This document shows positions 34,674 through 46,063 of a stretch of DNA of 64,000 bases, piece after piece. The notes beneath the pieces were generated by a model that did not search any database, had not been told where the DNA came from, and worked only from the letters and a program-made list of their open reading frames with translations. Source of the DNA: Epithemia pelagica (Eukaryota > Protista > Bacillariophyta). Position 1 is the stretch's first letter. Every line of letters begins with the position of its first letter. The DNA lies in contig OX337240.1 of assembly GCA_946965045.2 (NCBI GenBank), positions 1,612,001-1,676,000 of the forward strand, written 5' to 3'. The position numbers and the translations under genes are program-made.

Positions 34674-37268
34674 ATGAACCGCCAATCCTCCAACAACATC
34701 ACGTTCACTGGCGGTTCTAAAATCATGAATGCGTTTCGTACCCCCTCCATGTTTCAATCCCTGGTAGTAATTGCATCCGCAATCCTATTACTCTCATCGA
34801 ATCATGACGTTGCCCTGGGATTTTCCCTCTCTCCTCGTCCGACTAGTACTAGTAGACCACAAGCTCTTGGATCATACCGAACACGTTCGACCTTCTTGCT
34901 TTCGGCCATTGGATCCGCGCCCGCTTTTGATTCCTCGAATATGGACCATGAATCGTCCACGATTTCAACGGATGGTTCCCTCAACCAAGGCCCATTCGCA
35001 ACGGGTTCGTCCTTGAGTACTACGAGTTCACGGTTTGTCCAACATCGTGACATTGTGATTGTCGGTGGTGGATTGGCAGGCTTGTCCATTGCCTTGTACT
35101 TGACGCAACTGGACCCTTCGCGACATGTCACGGTGTTGGATCGACAAGCGCCACCTCCTGCGAATGGATCCCACGACGACGACGACGTATCGTCGTCGAC
35201 GACGGTGGCCAGTTGGGCCGCAGCGGGCATGTTGGCCCCTCATGCCGAACGATTGCCGCAAGGACCCTTGTTGCAATTGTGTGAAGAATCCAGAGACATG
35301 TACTCCGACTTTGTCAATCTCGTCGAGTCCTTGGCACAACAATCGGGAGAGGAAGGGGCCAAGTACTTAAAGGCCAATGTGGACCGAAACGGCCGATTGG
35401 AACCCTGGCATGTGGGGTATTTGGCCACGGGTGGCTTTCTTGCGCCAGCCTTTGCCGGTGACTCGGTGGCGACCTGGGCACCACCCGCCCGTTCCGATGG
35501 GAGTCCGTCGGGAGCCGTCTGGTTGGACGCCCATCAAGTCCGCGAAATGGAACCGGAATTGCATCCACAAGTAGTGGGTGGCTGGTGGTTTCCCAATGAC
35601 GCCAGTGTCGATGCACGACGCTTGACCCGTTGTTTGCAGGCTGCCTGCGTTGCTGCCGGTGTCCAGTTACTCCAAGGAAGTGAGGTGACTTCCGTAGATG
35701 TTCAGACTTCGGCTGTCCGGTTGAAAAGTGGAGCCACCATGGCGGCCCAATCGTTGGTCGTGGCCAATGGTGCATGGATGCAACAATTGTTACCCGTCCC
35801 GATGCAACCACACAAGGGACAATCACTGTCCTTGCGCATGCCCCAAACCAACAATGCTGATACACCACCCGCCTTGCGTCGCGTCTTGTTTGCTCAAGAT
35901 TGTTACATGGTACCCAAAGCCGATGGACGTCGCGTCATTGTCGGTGCCACGGTCGAAGCAGGAAGTTGGGACTCGAATGTCACACCGGCTGGGCTTATGC
36001 ACATTTTGTCCTATGCCATGCAACTCATTCCATCCTTGCAAGATTGGGCTGTGGAAGAAACGTGGGTGGGCTTACGGCCCACGACACCGGATAAATTGCC
36101 TCTTTTGGGCAAAACGCCCTGGTCCAATGTCTACTTGGCGGGTGGCTATTGGAGAAATGGTGTTCTCTTGGCACCCAAGACGGCACACTTGATGGCACAA
36201 TTGATTTTGGCCGAGAGTACTAGTATTCCCAACAGCAGTAGTCGATCGCTGTCGGCCCAAGACCACGAATACTTGGCCGCCTTTGCGTGGGATCGCTTCA
36301 CCAACCCGGAAACGAGTTTGACCGTGGCGGCCAATGCACGATACGCTGCGGCATTGCATCCCCTCCAACAACGATCCAGCAATGCGGCCGTCGCCACCGC
36401 GGTCGGAACCGAATTGGGTTCCTATTCCACCGCACGATCGGCCCAAGCCGAACGGTCGCAAGATCGAGACCAATTGTTTGGCTCCAATGACGATATCTTT
36501 GAACAGGCTGCCGCATTGGGAAAACAGGATGCCGACGCCTACTCCTCGTATTCTCCTCCTTCGAGGGTAAGCTCAGAGACGAACGCCCTCGCCACCGTAG
36601 AACAGCCACCGCAATCGCAGCAACCGCTCCTAGAACCTATTGCTCCAACTCAGTCCTTTGAAGGATCGGTCGATGCCTTGACAGTGGGTTCAGCCACCGA
36701 CGGAACCACCTTGGACAATCATGACGACGCCAATGACACGCAAGATTTAAGTGCAGTCTATGCCCAGATTCGGGCCAACAAGGCTGCGGCCGCCTTGTCG
36801 AATGAAGATGAGAATACAATGACACAAGGGGAGGAAGACGAACGACCTGATCCTGGATTTCGAATTTACCATGTCGACGAAGAAACGGGGGAGGAATGGG
36901 AGGTTCCACCCTACACAAAACCAGCCGATTTCTTTGAACAATTGCAACGCATGAAAAAGGAGCAACAATCATCAGACCCCTCTCCGGGAGATGATGATGT
37001 GGAGGAGACAATCGAACCGATTGCGAACAACTCTGTAGTCAATAGCAATGAGAAGGACAGCACCAAAGAAGAAAACAACGACGACCAGTACAGCGAAAGT
37101 ACCTTTGATGGATACACGGTAATTCAAAAGGCGAATTCTAGGGCATCCCGAGAAGAGGAATTAAAAGCCATGCGGGAGGCTCGTCGCCAAAACCGAGTGG
37201 AAGAAACTGATGTCAATCAAGTGGGGGTAATGGATATGGAAGACGAGACGGCCAAGCACGCGAAGTAA
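34674..37268 (+). CDS. thiO: Glycine oxidase ThiO-like FAD oxidoreductase with long C-terminal extension, plastid-type leader
   Basis: GGGLAG FAD motif, ASWAAAGMLAP, DASVDARRL, P.KGQ, GATVE, GLRPTTPD, GYWRNGVLLAP. Signal ends ALG-FSL; true start may be a downstream ATG. Confidence 0.8.
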   Translation: MNRQSSNNITFTGGSKIMNAFRTPSMFQSLVVIASAILLLSSNHDVALGFSLSPRPTSTSRPQALGSYRTRSTFLLSAIGSAPAFDSSNMDHESSTISTDGSLNQGPFATGSSLSTTSSRFVQHRDIVIVGGGLAGLSIALYLTQLDPSRHVTVLDRQAPPPANGSHDDDDVSSSTTVASWAAAGMLAPHAERLPQGPLLQLCEESRDMYSDFVNLVESLAQQSGEEGAKYLKANVDRNGRLEPWHVGYLATGGFLAPAFAGDSVATWAPPARSDGSPSGAVWLDAHQVREMEPELHPQVVGGWWFPNDASVDARRLTRCLQAACVAAGVQLLQGSEVTSVDVQTSAVRLKSGATMAAQSLVVANGAWMQQLLPVPMQPHKGQSLSLRMPQTNNADTPPALRRVLFAQDCYMVPKADGRRVIVGATVEAGSWDSNVTPAGLMHILSYAMQLIPSLQDWAVEETWVGLRPTTPDKLPLLGKTPWSNVYLAGGYWRNGVLLAPKTAHLMAQLILAESTSIPNSSSRSLSAQDHEYLAAFAWDRFTNPETSLTVAANARYAAALHPLQQRSSNAAVATAVGTELGSYSTARSAQAERSQDRDQLFGSNDDIFEQAAALGKQDADAYSSYSPPSRVSSETNALATVEQPPQSQQPLLEPIAPTQSFEGSVDALTVGSATDGTTLDNHDDANDTQDLSAVYAQIRANKAAAALSNEDENTMTQGEEDERPDPGFRIYHVDEETGEEWEVPPYTKPADFFEQLQRMKKEQQSSDPSPGDDDVEETIEPIANNSVVNSNEKDSTKEENNDDQYSESTFDGYTVIQKANSRASREEELKAMREARRQNRVEETDVNQVGVMDMEDETAKHAK

Positions 37269-38136
37269 TGAGAACGTGACCCCACCAAGCAGTGTTTGGA
37301 TTCCTCAAGTAGCAGTTTTCAGCCAACAAGGCTCTTAAAGATGGCCATCACATCGGTCTGCTACCTCTAGGTGTCTACGATCGACGTCATGAGTGACCAG
37401 TGAGCGGGGCAACAGCGCTTTGGAAGGACTGGGAAAACAATCCCTTTGGATGTTTCCCTGTCACCGCTACACCTACATGAGTTTGTCATATCCTCACTAG
37501 ATTGGGAGTTGATGTTCTGAAACTAGTTACTCGTAGAATGATCCACCTAGAGTAAAAGCTCCTCCTTTCCTCTTGACGTACGGGGATCTAGAATGCTCAT
37601 AGGCAGTTGTTCTCGGGCTAAATACGAGTAAGGCTTGTATTTGCCAGCTAGATAGTCGTTGTTGACTTTGACGCCGTGGTTGATTCTGGTAGGGAGGTTT
37701 TGGGGAAGGTGATGATGAGATGATGATAGGAGTAGGAGTTAGGAGTAGATGATGAATGATGACGGATATCGGTTCTCGGTAGGTAGATTCTCTCGTGTTC
37801 GACTTCGAATGGTCCAGCACAGGGGTGGTAAGAATACCTATCGTGAAATCAATTTTTCAGGTTGAATATGTCTTGAATAATGACTCAATGACTCGCGCTC
37901 GGAATTGAAAACCTGGCGTTGTTCGCCTTTGACCATACAGGGGAGGACGCTGTCGGGGTTCTTTATTTCGGTCACATTTCTCAGCACCGAACTCGAGAAT
38001 GCAACTTTGTCGCCCATGTGCAGGATTCGTCAACCAACAAGATGACGAGCACGTACTTCGCCTTTTCCATCACAGGGTCCAAAACAAGAAGCCTCCTCTA
38101 ATTGGCAACAAACGCACATTCTACTCATAAAGGATC

Positions 38137-41100
38137 ATGCACTCCCATTCAACGTCAGGTATATCATGGAACAGCCGAATAGTGGAGTTGATAAACAACA
38201 GCCAAACAATGAGACCAACAAGAGACAACTTGACGTTGACGACCATATCATCGTCATATTCCTCTTCCAGCCAACCGCATGAGCGAGATGAAAACAGACA
38301 CGAAGCATGGGTCAAATCATGTGTACCAGCCATTTTCTCTTCTCTGCCGCTCTTAATGTGCAGAATCACATCCGGATTGTGCAAGTTGTTCGGGACACAA
38401 TGGTCCAGTTACATTTTGAAAGAGCGACAAAATGGAATCAACATGAACATGGGCATGTGTATCCAAGATACGGATCAAGCTGACATAATGAATCGGTTTG
38501 ATCCCAGTCAAGATGAAAGTTCTGCATCCCTCTTTCACGTGGGTTTGTCATCAAATCCTGAAGACATGGGTAGGGATTTCGAAAAATCGACGTGGCTAGG
38601 CTCGGTGTGGTCTCTTTTTGTTCAAGTATTCGTCCACGAATGGCCGCTCTTGGATTGGAAACTCGGTATCTTTTTGTGGCGTAATGGGGGCTTCATTCTT
38701 CTTGCGATTGCCCTCGTCTCCATTGTCCCAGGATCCTTACATGCGTGGTCCGGACGGGTATTGAAATGGCCTGTCTTGTGGCTGACTGGTCTCCTGATTT
38801 CGGTAGAATTAGTCGTGTACGTGGTTATTCGCCTTTTCATCCGATTGGCCGAATATGCTGTGGCAACACCCAAACATCACAGATTGCGACGAAACATGGC
38901 CCAGGCACAGTCGTACGGGGAATGGTACAAGTATGCGTCTCAATTGAACAGGTCCCAAAAGCGAGACAAGTGGTTGCAAAATCACGACCATGAGTCGTCA
39001 ACGCATTACAATTGGGCATTGATTGTTCAACTCATCAAGGACATGCAATCCCCTCGGTCACAAGGCGATTCTGTTTTGGCCTTGGCCGTCATTCAACAAT
39101 GTACGCGCCTGAACGTAGGCGGGATAATGAATATTGATTTGTTCTCCTATTCCAATACCGGAGAACCCAAACAAATTGTCAAGGATTTCATTGAAGAAGT
39201 GATCTCCACCCTTTACTGGATTACGGAACAAGCTGATAGCACCCCCGGCACCGTAACCGAACATTCCATGGCGAATCCCCAACAGAGTGAAAGTAGTAAA
39301 CAAAACAAGGAAGAATTTTGTCAAAGAATTAAAGCCGAGTTCCTCAAGGAAAAAGAAAAGCTATGGCACGCCTTGGTTAGACCCACTGGCTCTTCCGGTG
39401 AAATTCCATCCAACAACGAGAACAGCAACCACGAGACGACTAATCACAGGATACCAGACCATCCCAGAATTACTGGTGCGACATCACAACCAATACAAAT
39501 GCCTTCTGCCCACCGCGATCAAGTTTTAAAATTGTTGAAACGTGCTCGTGCGGCCTATGGAAGGACGGCATTATGTTTGAGTGGTGGTGGCATGTTGGGA
39601 TTGTACCATTTAGGTGTCTTGCGGGCCATGGTACGGGGTGGAACTTTGCCCCAAATTATCTCTGGAGCGAGCGCAGGAAGTGTGGTAGGAGCTGTTGTGT
39701 GTACCCGCACCGACCAAGAGTTGGAAGGAGCCCTCCAACCCGAAGTGATTGGTCAATACAAGACATGCTTTGATCGACCATGGAAAGACCAACTTGTCTC
39801 GGTGTGGAAAACAGGAAACCGGTTTGAATTGAAGACGTGGATGAAAAAATAAAATGGTACGATACCGAGAGCGAGGGATCTGTTGTACCCGAATGTACAT
39901 TTCCCTGCAGCTTGGACCCTGGATGGAATGAGTATTTGCGGTTCAGCCATGACAATATCTTACAGTTGCGCTTCTTTTCGTCTGATTATGAATTCTTCCT
40001 GGATTCCTTCCACTTGAATGTTGCTTCTTGTTTTCCAGGTTCACCAACGGAGATACAACGTTCGAAGAAGCCTTTCATCGCACTGGTCGCATCTTTTGTA
40101 TCACAGTGTCGTCCACGTCGAAAAAGGCACCACCCATTCTTCCAAATTACCTCTCGGCACCCAATGTAACCATCGCCAGCGCGGTCTTGGCAAGTGCCGC
40201 TGTTCCTGGATTCATTGCACCCGTCCGCTTGCAATACAAAGATGCCAATGGTGTGATTCGGGGATATGGAGATCATGATCAAACCTACTATGACGGTACG
40301 AGAAAAGTACAATCGGAATGTCTTGTGTGTCAAAGAACGCAATTCTCATCAGTCCCATTTCTCGAACCTTGATTCTCCGAAAATAGGATCGATTCGGTCC
40401 GATATTCCCATTAGTGGTTTGGCGGAAATGCTCAACTGTCAATTCTTTATTGTCTCCCAGTGTAATCCACACATTGTCCCCTTCTTTTTCAATCCAAAAG
40501 GAGGTGTGGGTCGACCAAGCCGTTGGTCGAGTGGGGAACAGGAGCACTCATGGCGTGGAGGCTTCCTCTTGGCAGCTTTAGAAATGTACTTGAAGGTATG
40601 TGCCAAGGTCAGTCTCTTGCTGACTGACTGATAAATCAAACCATCATGTCTCACCACCACCATGTTTGCTGTATTCAGAACGACATGAAGGCAAAGTGTG
40701 TCTTTTTGAAAGATATAGAAGCAGGAGCTGGGTTTACGTCAACACTAATGACGCAAGATTTTGCTGGGTCCACAACGATTGTTCCGCAAGTACGCTTTGG
40801 AGATTATTTCAAGGTACGTCCAGAGAACAAACAATCTGTACAATACGACCGATAGACATGTCCTGAACCTTTTCTGTATCATACGCTTGTGACCGGTTGG
40901 TTGTAGCTGTTTTCGGATCCATCTGTTGCGTCATTGGAGCGATATTTTCAAGCTGGAGCCGTTGCAGCCTATGAGCACACGGCATATATCAAACTCCAGT
41001 TGAGTATTGCCGATGCTTTGGACGCTTGCATTTCAAGATTAGAGGGTCCGCGTGTAGACAAGCCTGTATCGTCGTTGGGTCACTCGTTTGATGATCCTTC

Positions 41101-41155
41101 TTCCCTTCAATCCTCTCGAAGAGTTTCTTCACCAACACCCATGAAACAAGTCTAA
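38137..41155 (+). CDS. Patatin-like triacylglycerol lipase (TGL/SDP1 type), 5 exons, apparent 1-nt frameshift at 39844-39850
   Basis: LCLSGGGMLG, ISGASAGS, TFEEAFHRTGR, ASAAVPG, spliced DGS. Later exons 40039-40295, 40387-40595, 40679-40813, 40907-41155. Exon 1 hits TAA four nt before the donor. Confidence 0.85.
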
Positions 41156-41615
41156 GGGATCTTTCTTGCCGTGCCTTTGCGTTCATCCAGGTGTTACGAT
41201 GAGAACTTGTTTAATAACCTTCGTAGAGTTAATCCTTAATCCATGTTCATTGCGATTCTTCACGCTAGCGTAAGCTTGTACAATCAATGTCTTTGCACCA
41301 ATTCCCATGCTAAGTATTGATACTCTGCAAGGTTTTCTTCATGTTCTTCTTCTCGCACTTTCTCACTACGTTGTCTCGCAAGTCATCCGGCAACGGCCCT
41401 ACATGATACAGCGCATAGCGCATTCAAAGCAACATCGTCATTTGCCTTGATTGTTCAGCTTGAGACGGGCACGGTCCGCAGTCTGCCAATGTAGTTTAGC
41501 AGTTGTATCACCTCTCATGCCTTTCCAAATTCATTTTGATATTTGCCGTGTTCTTATTTGACGTCGATCAAAGACAACAACACGGTACAAGCTGGTTTCA
41601 CGAGGGACCTGCCTA

Positions 41616-41632
41616 GTCTATTACAGTACAAA
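41616..41632 (+). repeat. Left TIR
   Basis: GTCTATTACAGTACAAA, preceded by TA. Confidence 0.85.
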
Positions 41633-41800
41633 TACTGTACTGACAATTTTGTACATAAAACCATCATAGTAATCATTTATGCCCCGCTGCTTCTCGACCA
41701 TGAGGACGGCAAATTTGGATGCTCATAGGAAAACGATGCCGTTCATGGCTGTGAACGTAAGAGCTAATGTTACTAATCGTTCTAATAGGTCTTATGTGAA

Positions 41801-42301
41801 CTACATTGCAAAGAAGAGATCTTGATTTGCGAATTTGGCCGTCATGGAGCCAAGTGTAGCATTGAGGTCATTCATGTCCTCAAGTTGCATGTAGACCGTC
41901 AGCACCATTGGGTCCATGCAGACCTGCGTATCAATGCTGCACCGCGTATAGAACCGAATGCGACCCTTGACTTTCTTCTCATGCGTAGGTGACGCCACTG
42001 CTTGCATCTCAGACTTCATGATGAAGCCAATCGGAAGCACAAGCAGCGGGTCAACATGCTCCGAATGGGCTTCTCGTTTGAAAAAGGCAAGCCGGAGATA
42101 ATCTGTCTCTACTTCACGCTGTAAGAGGATGTGTCCTCGATCCACAACATTCCGTCCGTGACGTCCAAGGTTGTCGGTCATCGGGGCCATGAGCACGTTG
42201 ACGTTCTTGGCGTAGAAACTCGTCCGAAATTTGACGCCAGCACCCCCACCATCAACAATGCCTTCTCTCTCCGCGTTGAAATAAAAGTCTAATCCATCCA
42301 T
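41801..42301 (-). CDS. Orphan transposon cargo ORF (166 aa)
   Basis: ATG-initiated open ORF inside the TIRs; no family recognised. Confidence 0.55.
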   Translation of the reverse strand: MDGLDFYFNAEREGIVDGGGAGVKFRTSFYAKNVNVLMAPMTDNLGRHGRNVVDRGHILLQREVETDYLRLAFFKREAHSEHVDPLLVLPIGFIMKSEMQAVASPTHEKKVKGRIRFYTRCSIDTQVCMDPMVLTVYMQLEDMNDLNATLGSMTAKFANQDLFFAM

Positions 42302-42609
42302 TGTTAGCCGTGGTTGCTGCTTCCTTATTCCTTAGGCGTCGTTTATTATGAAAGCGACGTTGGATTGTTGCGTGTTGAATTCGAATCGTTGGTTTTGTGT
42401 TTCGTTTGCGGATGGCTCCGAAATGTGGCGGCCCCCCGGGTTGGTCGGAGCACTTGCGCGCACCTCCACCATGGTGATCTAAGTAGATTGCAGGATTTTG
42501 GTCCTTATTCCGAGCATGCACACACTTTTGCTATTGTGGGCTTGCGTGTATTCTGCTTGTGGGACTCGGCTCAGGATGGTGCATGGTGCCCACGCTCACA
42601 AAATCAGAG

Positions 42610-43469
42610 ATGAGCACCAACACCAACACCAAGCTCCGTCGTTCAAATCGGCTTGCCTCCTCAGAGGGCGGCATTGTCTCGGCCATGGCGAGTACCCCGC
42701 CGACGAGGAACAATAAGACTCCCAGCAAGAAACCCAGTGCCAAACGCAACAAGAAGAGCCAGGACGGCTCGCCCGGATCTGTGGTCGGCAAACGCAAGGA
42801 GAAGCTTGTCGTGCTTGCTCCAGTTAAGGGAGCCGACAAGCAGGAGCGCTACAAGGCTGCCCTGCAAGGAGCCACGCAGTGGCAGCTCACCCTTGCTGAC
42901 GGCAATGGAGCGACAACGCTCACAATCTGCCGCACAAAAGGTGAAGGTGAAATCACCTTTGGTGGTATAATTGAAACGTTGCAGAAGATTGGCACTGATG
43001 ACGAACTAGAAGATTCAGATGTCAAGAAGAACAGTTTTGGTAAGTGGACACTGCAGCCGATTGTTGCCCTACAATATAAATTGACAACTAACTACGCTCC
43101 TATTTTCAAGTTCCGAAGACTCCTTCGAAGGTGCAGTTCGTCGGGGTGATGGAAAAGGAGGAACAAGAAGAAGTGATGGCTGAACCGGTCGTGTCCTCAA
43201 TGACACCAGGTCAGCAGTATGCGGCGAATCGCGTCATGTCCGAACACCAGGTTAGGTTTCACACAGGCGGAACGCCATTCAAGGCGACGAAGAACCGTCC
43301 TGCCGAGAACCAGCTGTCGACACCCGAGCTTTTGTTCCGCCACCGCCAGAAGCTCTTCTGCGACCAAGCTACGGTGGATCCCCTCTCTGCGCAACAAGAC
43401 TCTCAAGTGGACGACGGGTTTGAAGATACCCAGGATTGTCCGTTCTCTGAGGATTACTACAATTACTAG
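42610..43469 (+). CDS. Orphan spliced cargo gene (exons 42610-43039, 43111-43469)
   Basis: GTAAGT donor, CTAAC branch point and TTTCAAG acceptor join two ORFs in frame. Basic K/R-rich N-terminus. Confidence 0.7.
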
Positions 43470-43503
43470 ATAGTCAACTAAGAATCTTTATCTACGTAGA
43501 AAG

Positions 43504-44454
43504 TTATTCATTATCTGAATCTTCATCGTCACGGTCTTCATCATCATCATCATCTTTACCATGTAGATTGTAACATAAAAACAATTCTTTACCACAAGGG
43601 ATATCGTGGATCGCAGTCACCTTGAGCTTCCCATCGATGTGGATGTTGTATTTTTTATCGTCCGCGTCAACCTCTTCGTCGGTGTTGTACTTGAGGAAGT
43701 GGGGGTCGTTGGAGAAGTGGAGACCCATCCACAGCTCCTGTTTTGTTGCTTCGATGTGAAAGGGCGTTTTAGATCGGGTGAGGATGGCGAATTGAGATGG
43801 CTCTTTTTGGAGCCCCTCAATCACACTCCCACAATAGTACCCCAAGCTTTCGCCCGCCTCGTAGTTGCGAGCGGCGAAAGCTCCGAGACCAGCGTTCGGC
43901 AGCGTCGATTTCTTTATCGTAATGAGATCCTTGTCGAGGTACCGGGTGGTCACCTCAAAGTGCTGCTCATCATCGTTCATATCGACCATGAAGGTGCCGA
44001 AGATTGTTACGTTGTCCTTCTTTTTAGCGTTGATGCGAGGAGCTCGGTTCTTGGTGGTGTTCTTCTGAACCTGTTTGATTGTTGTAGTCACGGGCTTGCC
44101 CTTCGTGCCGTGTTCCTTTCGCACGAGGGCACCACGCAAACTAACAACTCCCTTGATGTGCTCCGCAACGAAATGTTGCATCTTTGCACGGTCGGTGAGA
44201 CTTCCAGATCCCACCAACTGGTCCAGCTTTTTCATCAACCTCGTCGTGCCGACGGGTTTCGGCTTGGGCAGCGTCTTCTGCTTCTTCTCCGTCGCCCTGA
44301 TGCGACGAAGAAGGTTGCGCTTGTCTTGCTTGTAGTTTCGATTGGGCTGTAGCTCAATCGACTTGGCAAGCCGACGGAGCTGTGCATCGCTCTGATGCTT
44401 CTTCGACTTTGACGCCGTTGTTTTTGCAGTCGCACGTGCTGGCGGCTTTCCCAT
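43504..44454 (-). CDS. SET-domain protein encoded within the transposon
   Basis: IKKSTLPNAGLGAFAAR, GESLGYYCG, HFSND, AIHDIPCGKELFLCY. Basic N-half, acidic tail. Confidence 0.85.
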   Translation of the reverse strand: MGKPPARATAKTTASKSKKHQSDAQLRRLAKSIELQPNRNYKQDKRNLLRRIRATEKKQKTLPKPKPVGTTRLMKKLDQLVGSGSLTDRAKMQHFVAEHIKGVVSLRGALVRKEHGTKGKPVTTTIKQVQKNTTKNRAPRINAKKKDNVTIFGTFMVDMNDDEQHFEVTTRYLDKDLITIKKSTLPNAGLGAFAARNYEAGESLGYYCGSVIEGLQKEPSQFAILTRSKTPFHIEATKQELWMGLHFSNDPHFLKYNTDEEVDADDKKYNIHIDGKLKVTAIHDIPCGKELFLCYNLHGKDDDDDEDRDDEDSDNE

Positions 44455-44477
44455 GGTCAGCGAATCGCAAATCCAAG

Positions 44478-44545
44478 ATCTTTTTCAGAACAAAAAGGGA
44501 TGAAGAATTGCAAACCCAAAATCTTTTTCAGAACAAAAAGGGATG
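44478..44545. repeat. Two 25-bp direct repeats upstream of the SET gene
   Basis: ATCTTTTTCAGAACAAAAAGGGATG at 44478-44502 and 44521-44545. Confidence 0.9.
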
Positions 44546-44819
44546 GAAGCAGCGCACTCCCCATTATGCTGCCACATGTCCCACTCTTGTGAATTGTATC
44601 GGAAACAATGTGGCAGCGACTCAGGTTGTGGATGGAATTTCTCCTTCGACAAACACAGTGGTAGCTAGAATAACTATGTACTCTATTGTAGCAGTTAAAA
44701 AAGGGAAACAAAGTGCAATCACATCATCATCGTCTCGGCATTTGACACAAAGGTTGTGCAAACGCCTACAAGTATCTCTTTGGTCGTTCTCACTCGCTCG
44801 CGCGCTCTCTCTCTCTCTT

Positions 44820-45781
44820 GAGTCGTCGTCCGTGCAACAACAACAGCAGCAACAAACGGTTCAACACTTGGAACAAGCCTTGCATCAATTCTTGGCCGAA
44901 GCCGTCACCTTGTATCGTTATTTGGTCAATCATTTGCAAGCCAAATTGCTCGGACAGTCGGCCACCTTTTCGCAGTCGCAAGTATCCTCCTTGGCTTCGT
45001 CGTCGCAAACCCTGTCGCAATCGCAAGACGACGACGACGAGGAGCATCCACCCAGCAACGACCAACCAGAAGAATTGACGCCACTCTCTCCTTGGCCGTC
45101 GTCTCCCAAGTGAATACGACTACAAGTACCAACGCCAACACGACAAACAGCGCTACGACCAAGGGCCACCCCACGGCCAATCCTACGGCCACGCAACATT
45201 CGTCGGCCAGTGCCTTGCATTGGTATGCCCGAGCGCTCTTGGCTCCATCAACATACTGCCACAGTGACGGCAACAACAACAACGACATGGAGTCAACGAA
45301 GCGCTCATTCTTCCAACAGCAACAATCACAAACAACAAGTCATGACGACTCGCTTATTCTTGGCCGAGTTTGTCGATTTGCATCGATTGTTTTTTGTTTG
45401 CCAAGGAATCCACGACGCTCTACAAAACCATGGAACGTGTGCGATGCCCTCTTGTGCAAACTCATTTGCATCCAAGCCTTTTTCGGAACATATCGTGAGT
45501 TCCACCAATGCAACGAGCAGCAGTCAAACCACCACAAACATCTGCAGCCACCAAAGAACACCCTTGGGAACTCGGGACGATTTGACATTTCTTTGCCACT
45601 CGGTGACACGGCGATTGATTTTGAGGCCATTGATGGCAGCAATGGACGAGATTCAAACGACGAGACGACAATGACCACGAAACCAACAACAACAACAACA
45701 AGAAGACCTAAAAGACCACCCCGAACCGCCACAACAGGTTCACAGTCAACCACTCGAAGAGGAGGAGGAAGAAGAGAATGA
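44820..45781 (+). pseudogene. Frameshifted EST1/SMG5-7-family fragment captured in the transposon
   Basis: EST1-like blocks in three frames: QFLAEAVTLYRYLV, ALHWYARALLA, LFLAEFVDLHRLFF. Host-style Q/T tracts. Confidence 0.55.
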
Positions 45782-46063
45782 TGAAGCACTGCCATTGGAC
45801 GAACACACGGAACCACCAATAAGTACCCGCCGACCACAACTACAAACACCCATTCGTCTCGCACCTTGTCGTGATGCTCTTACGGGCGATCCACAATAGC
45901 GCTTCACATCCACGTGAGAAGAAGAATGTGTCCTCCTTGATGTGAATCCCGACCAGGATCATAACAGTAGTGCGCATGTGAACTTAGTAACCTACCTAGT
46001 TGATTCAACACTAAATGAGCACTACTAGTATGTAATATGTATCTTTGAGACATGCAAATTGTT

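Noticed and set aside
37269-37520. TPP-riboswitch aptamer after thiO
   Set aside because: No CUGAGA or other aptamer core visible.
41610-41640. Helitron 3' end (hairpin plus CTAG on the minus strand)
   Set aside because: Better explained as a TIR, since a matching inverted copy with TA lies at 50540-50558.
43606-44352. 248-aa plus-strand ORF
   Set aside because: Antisense shadow of the SET gene, with no motifs.
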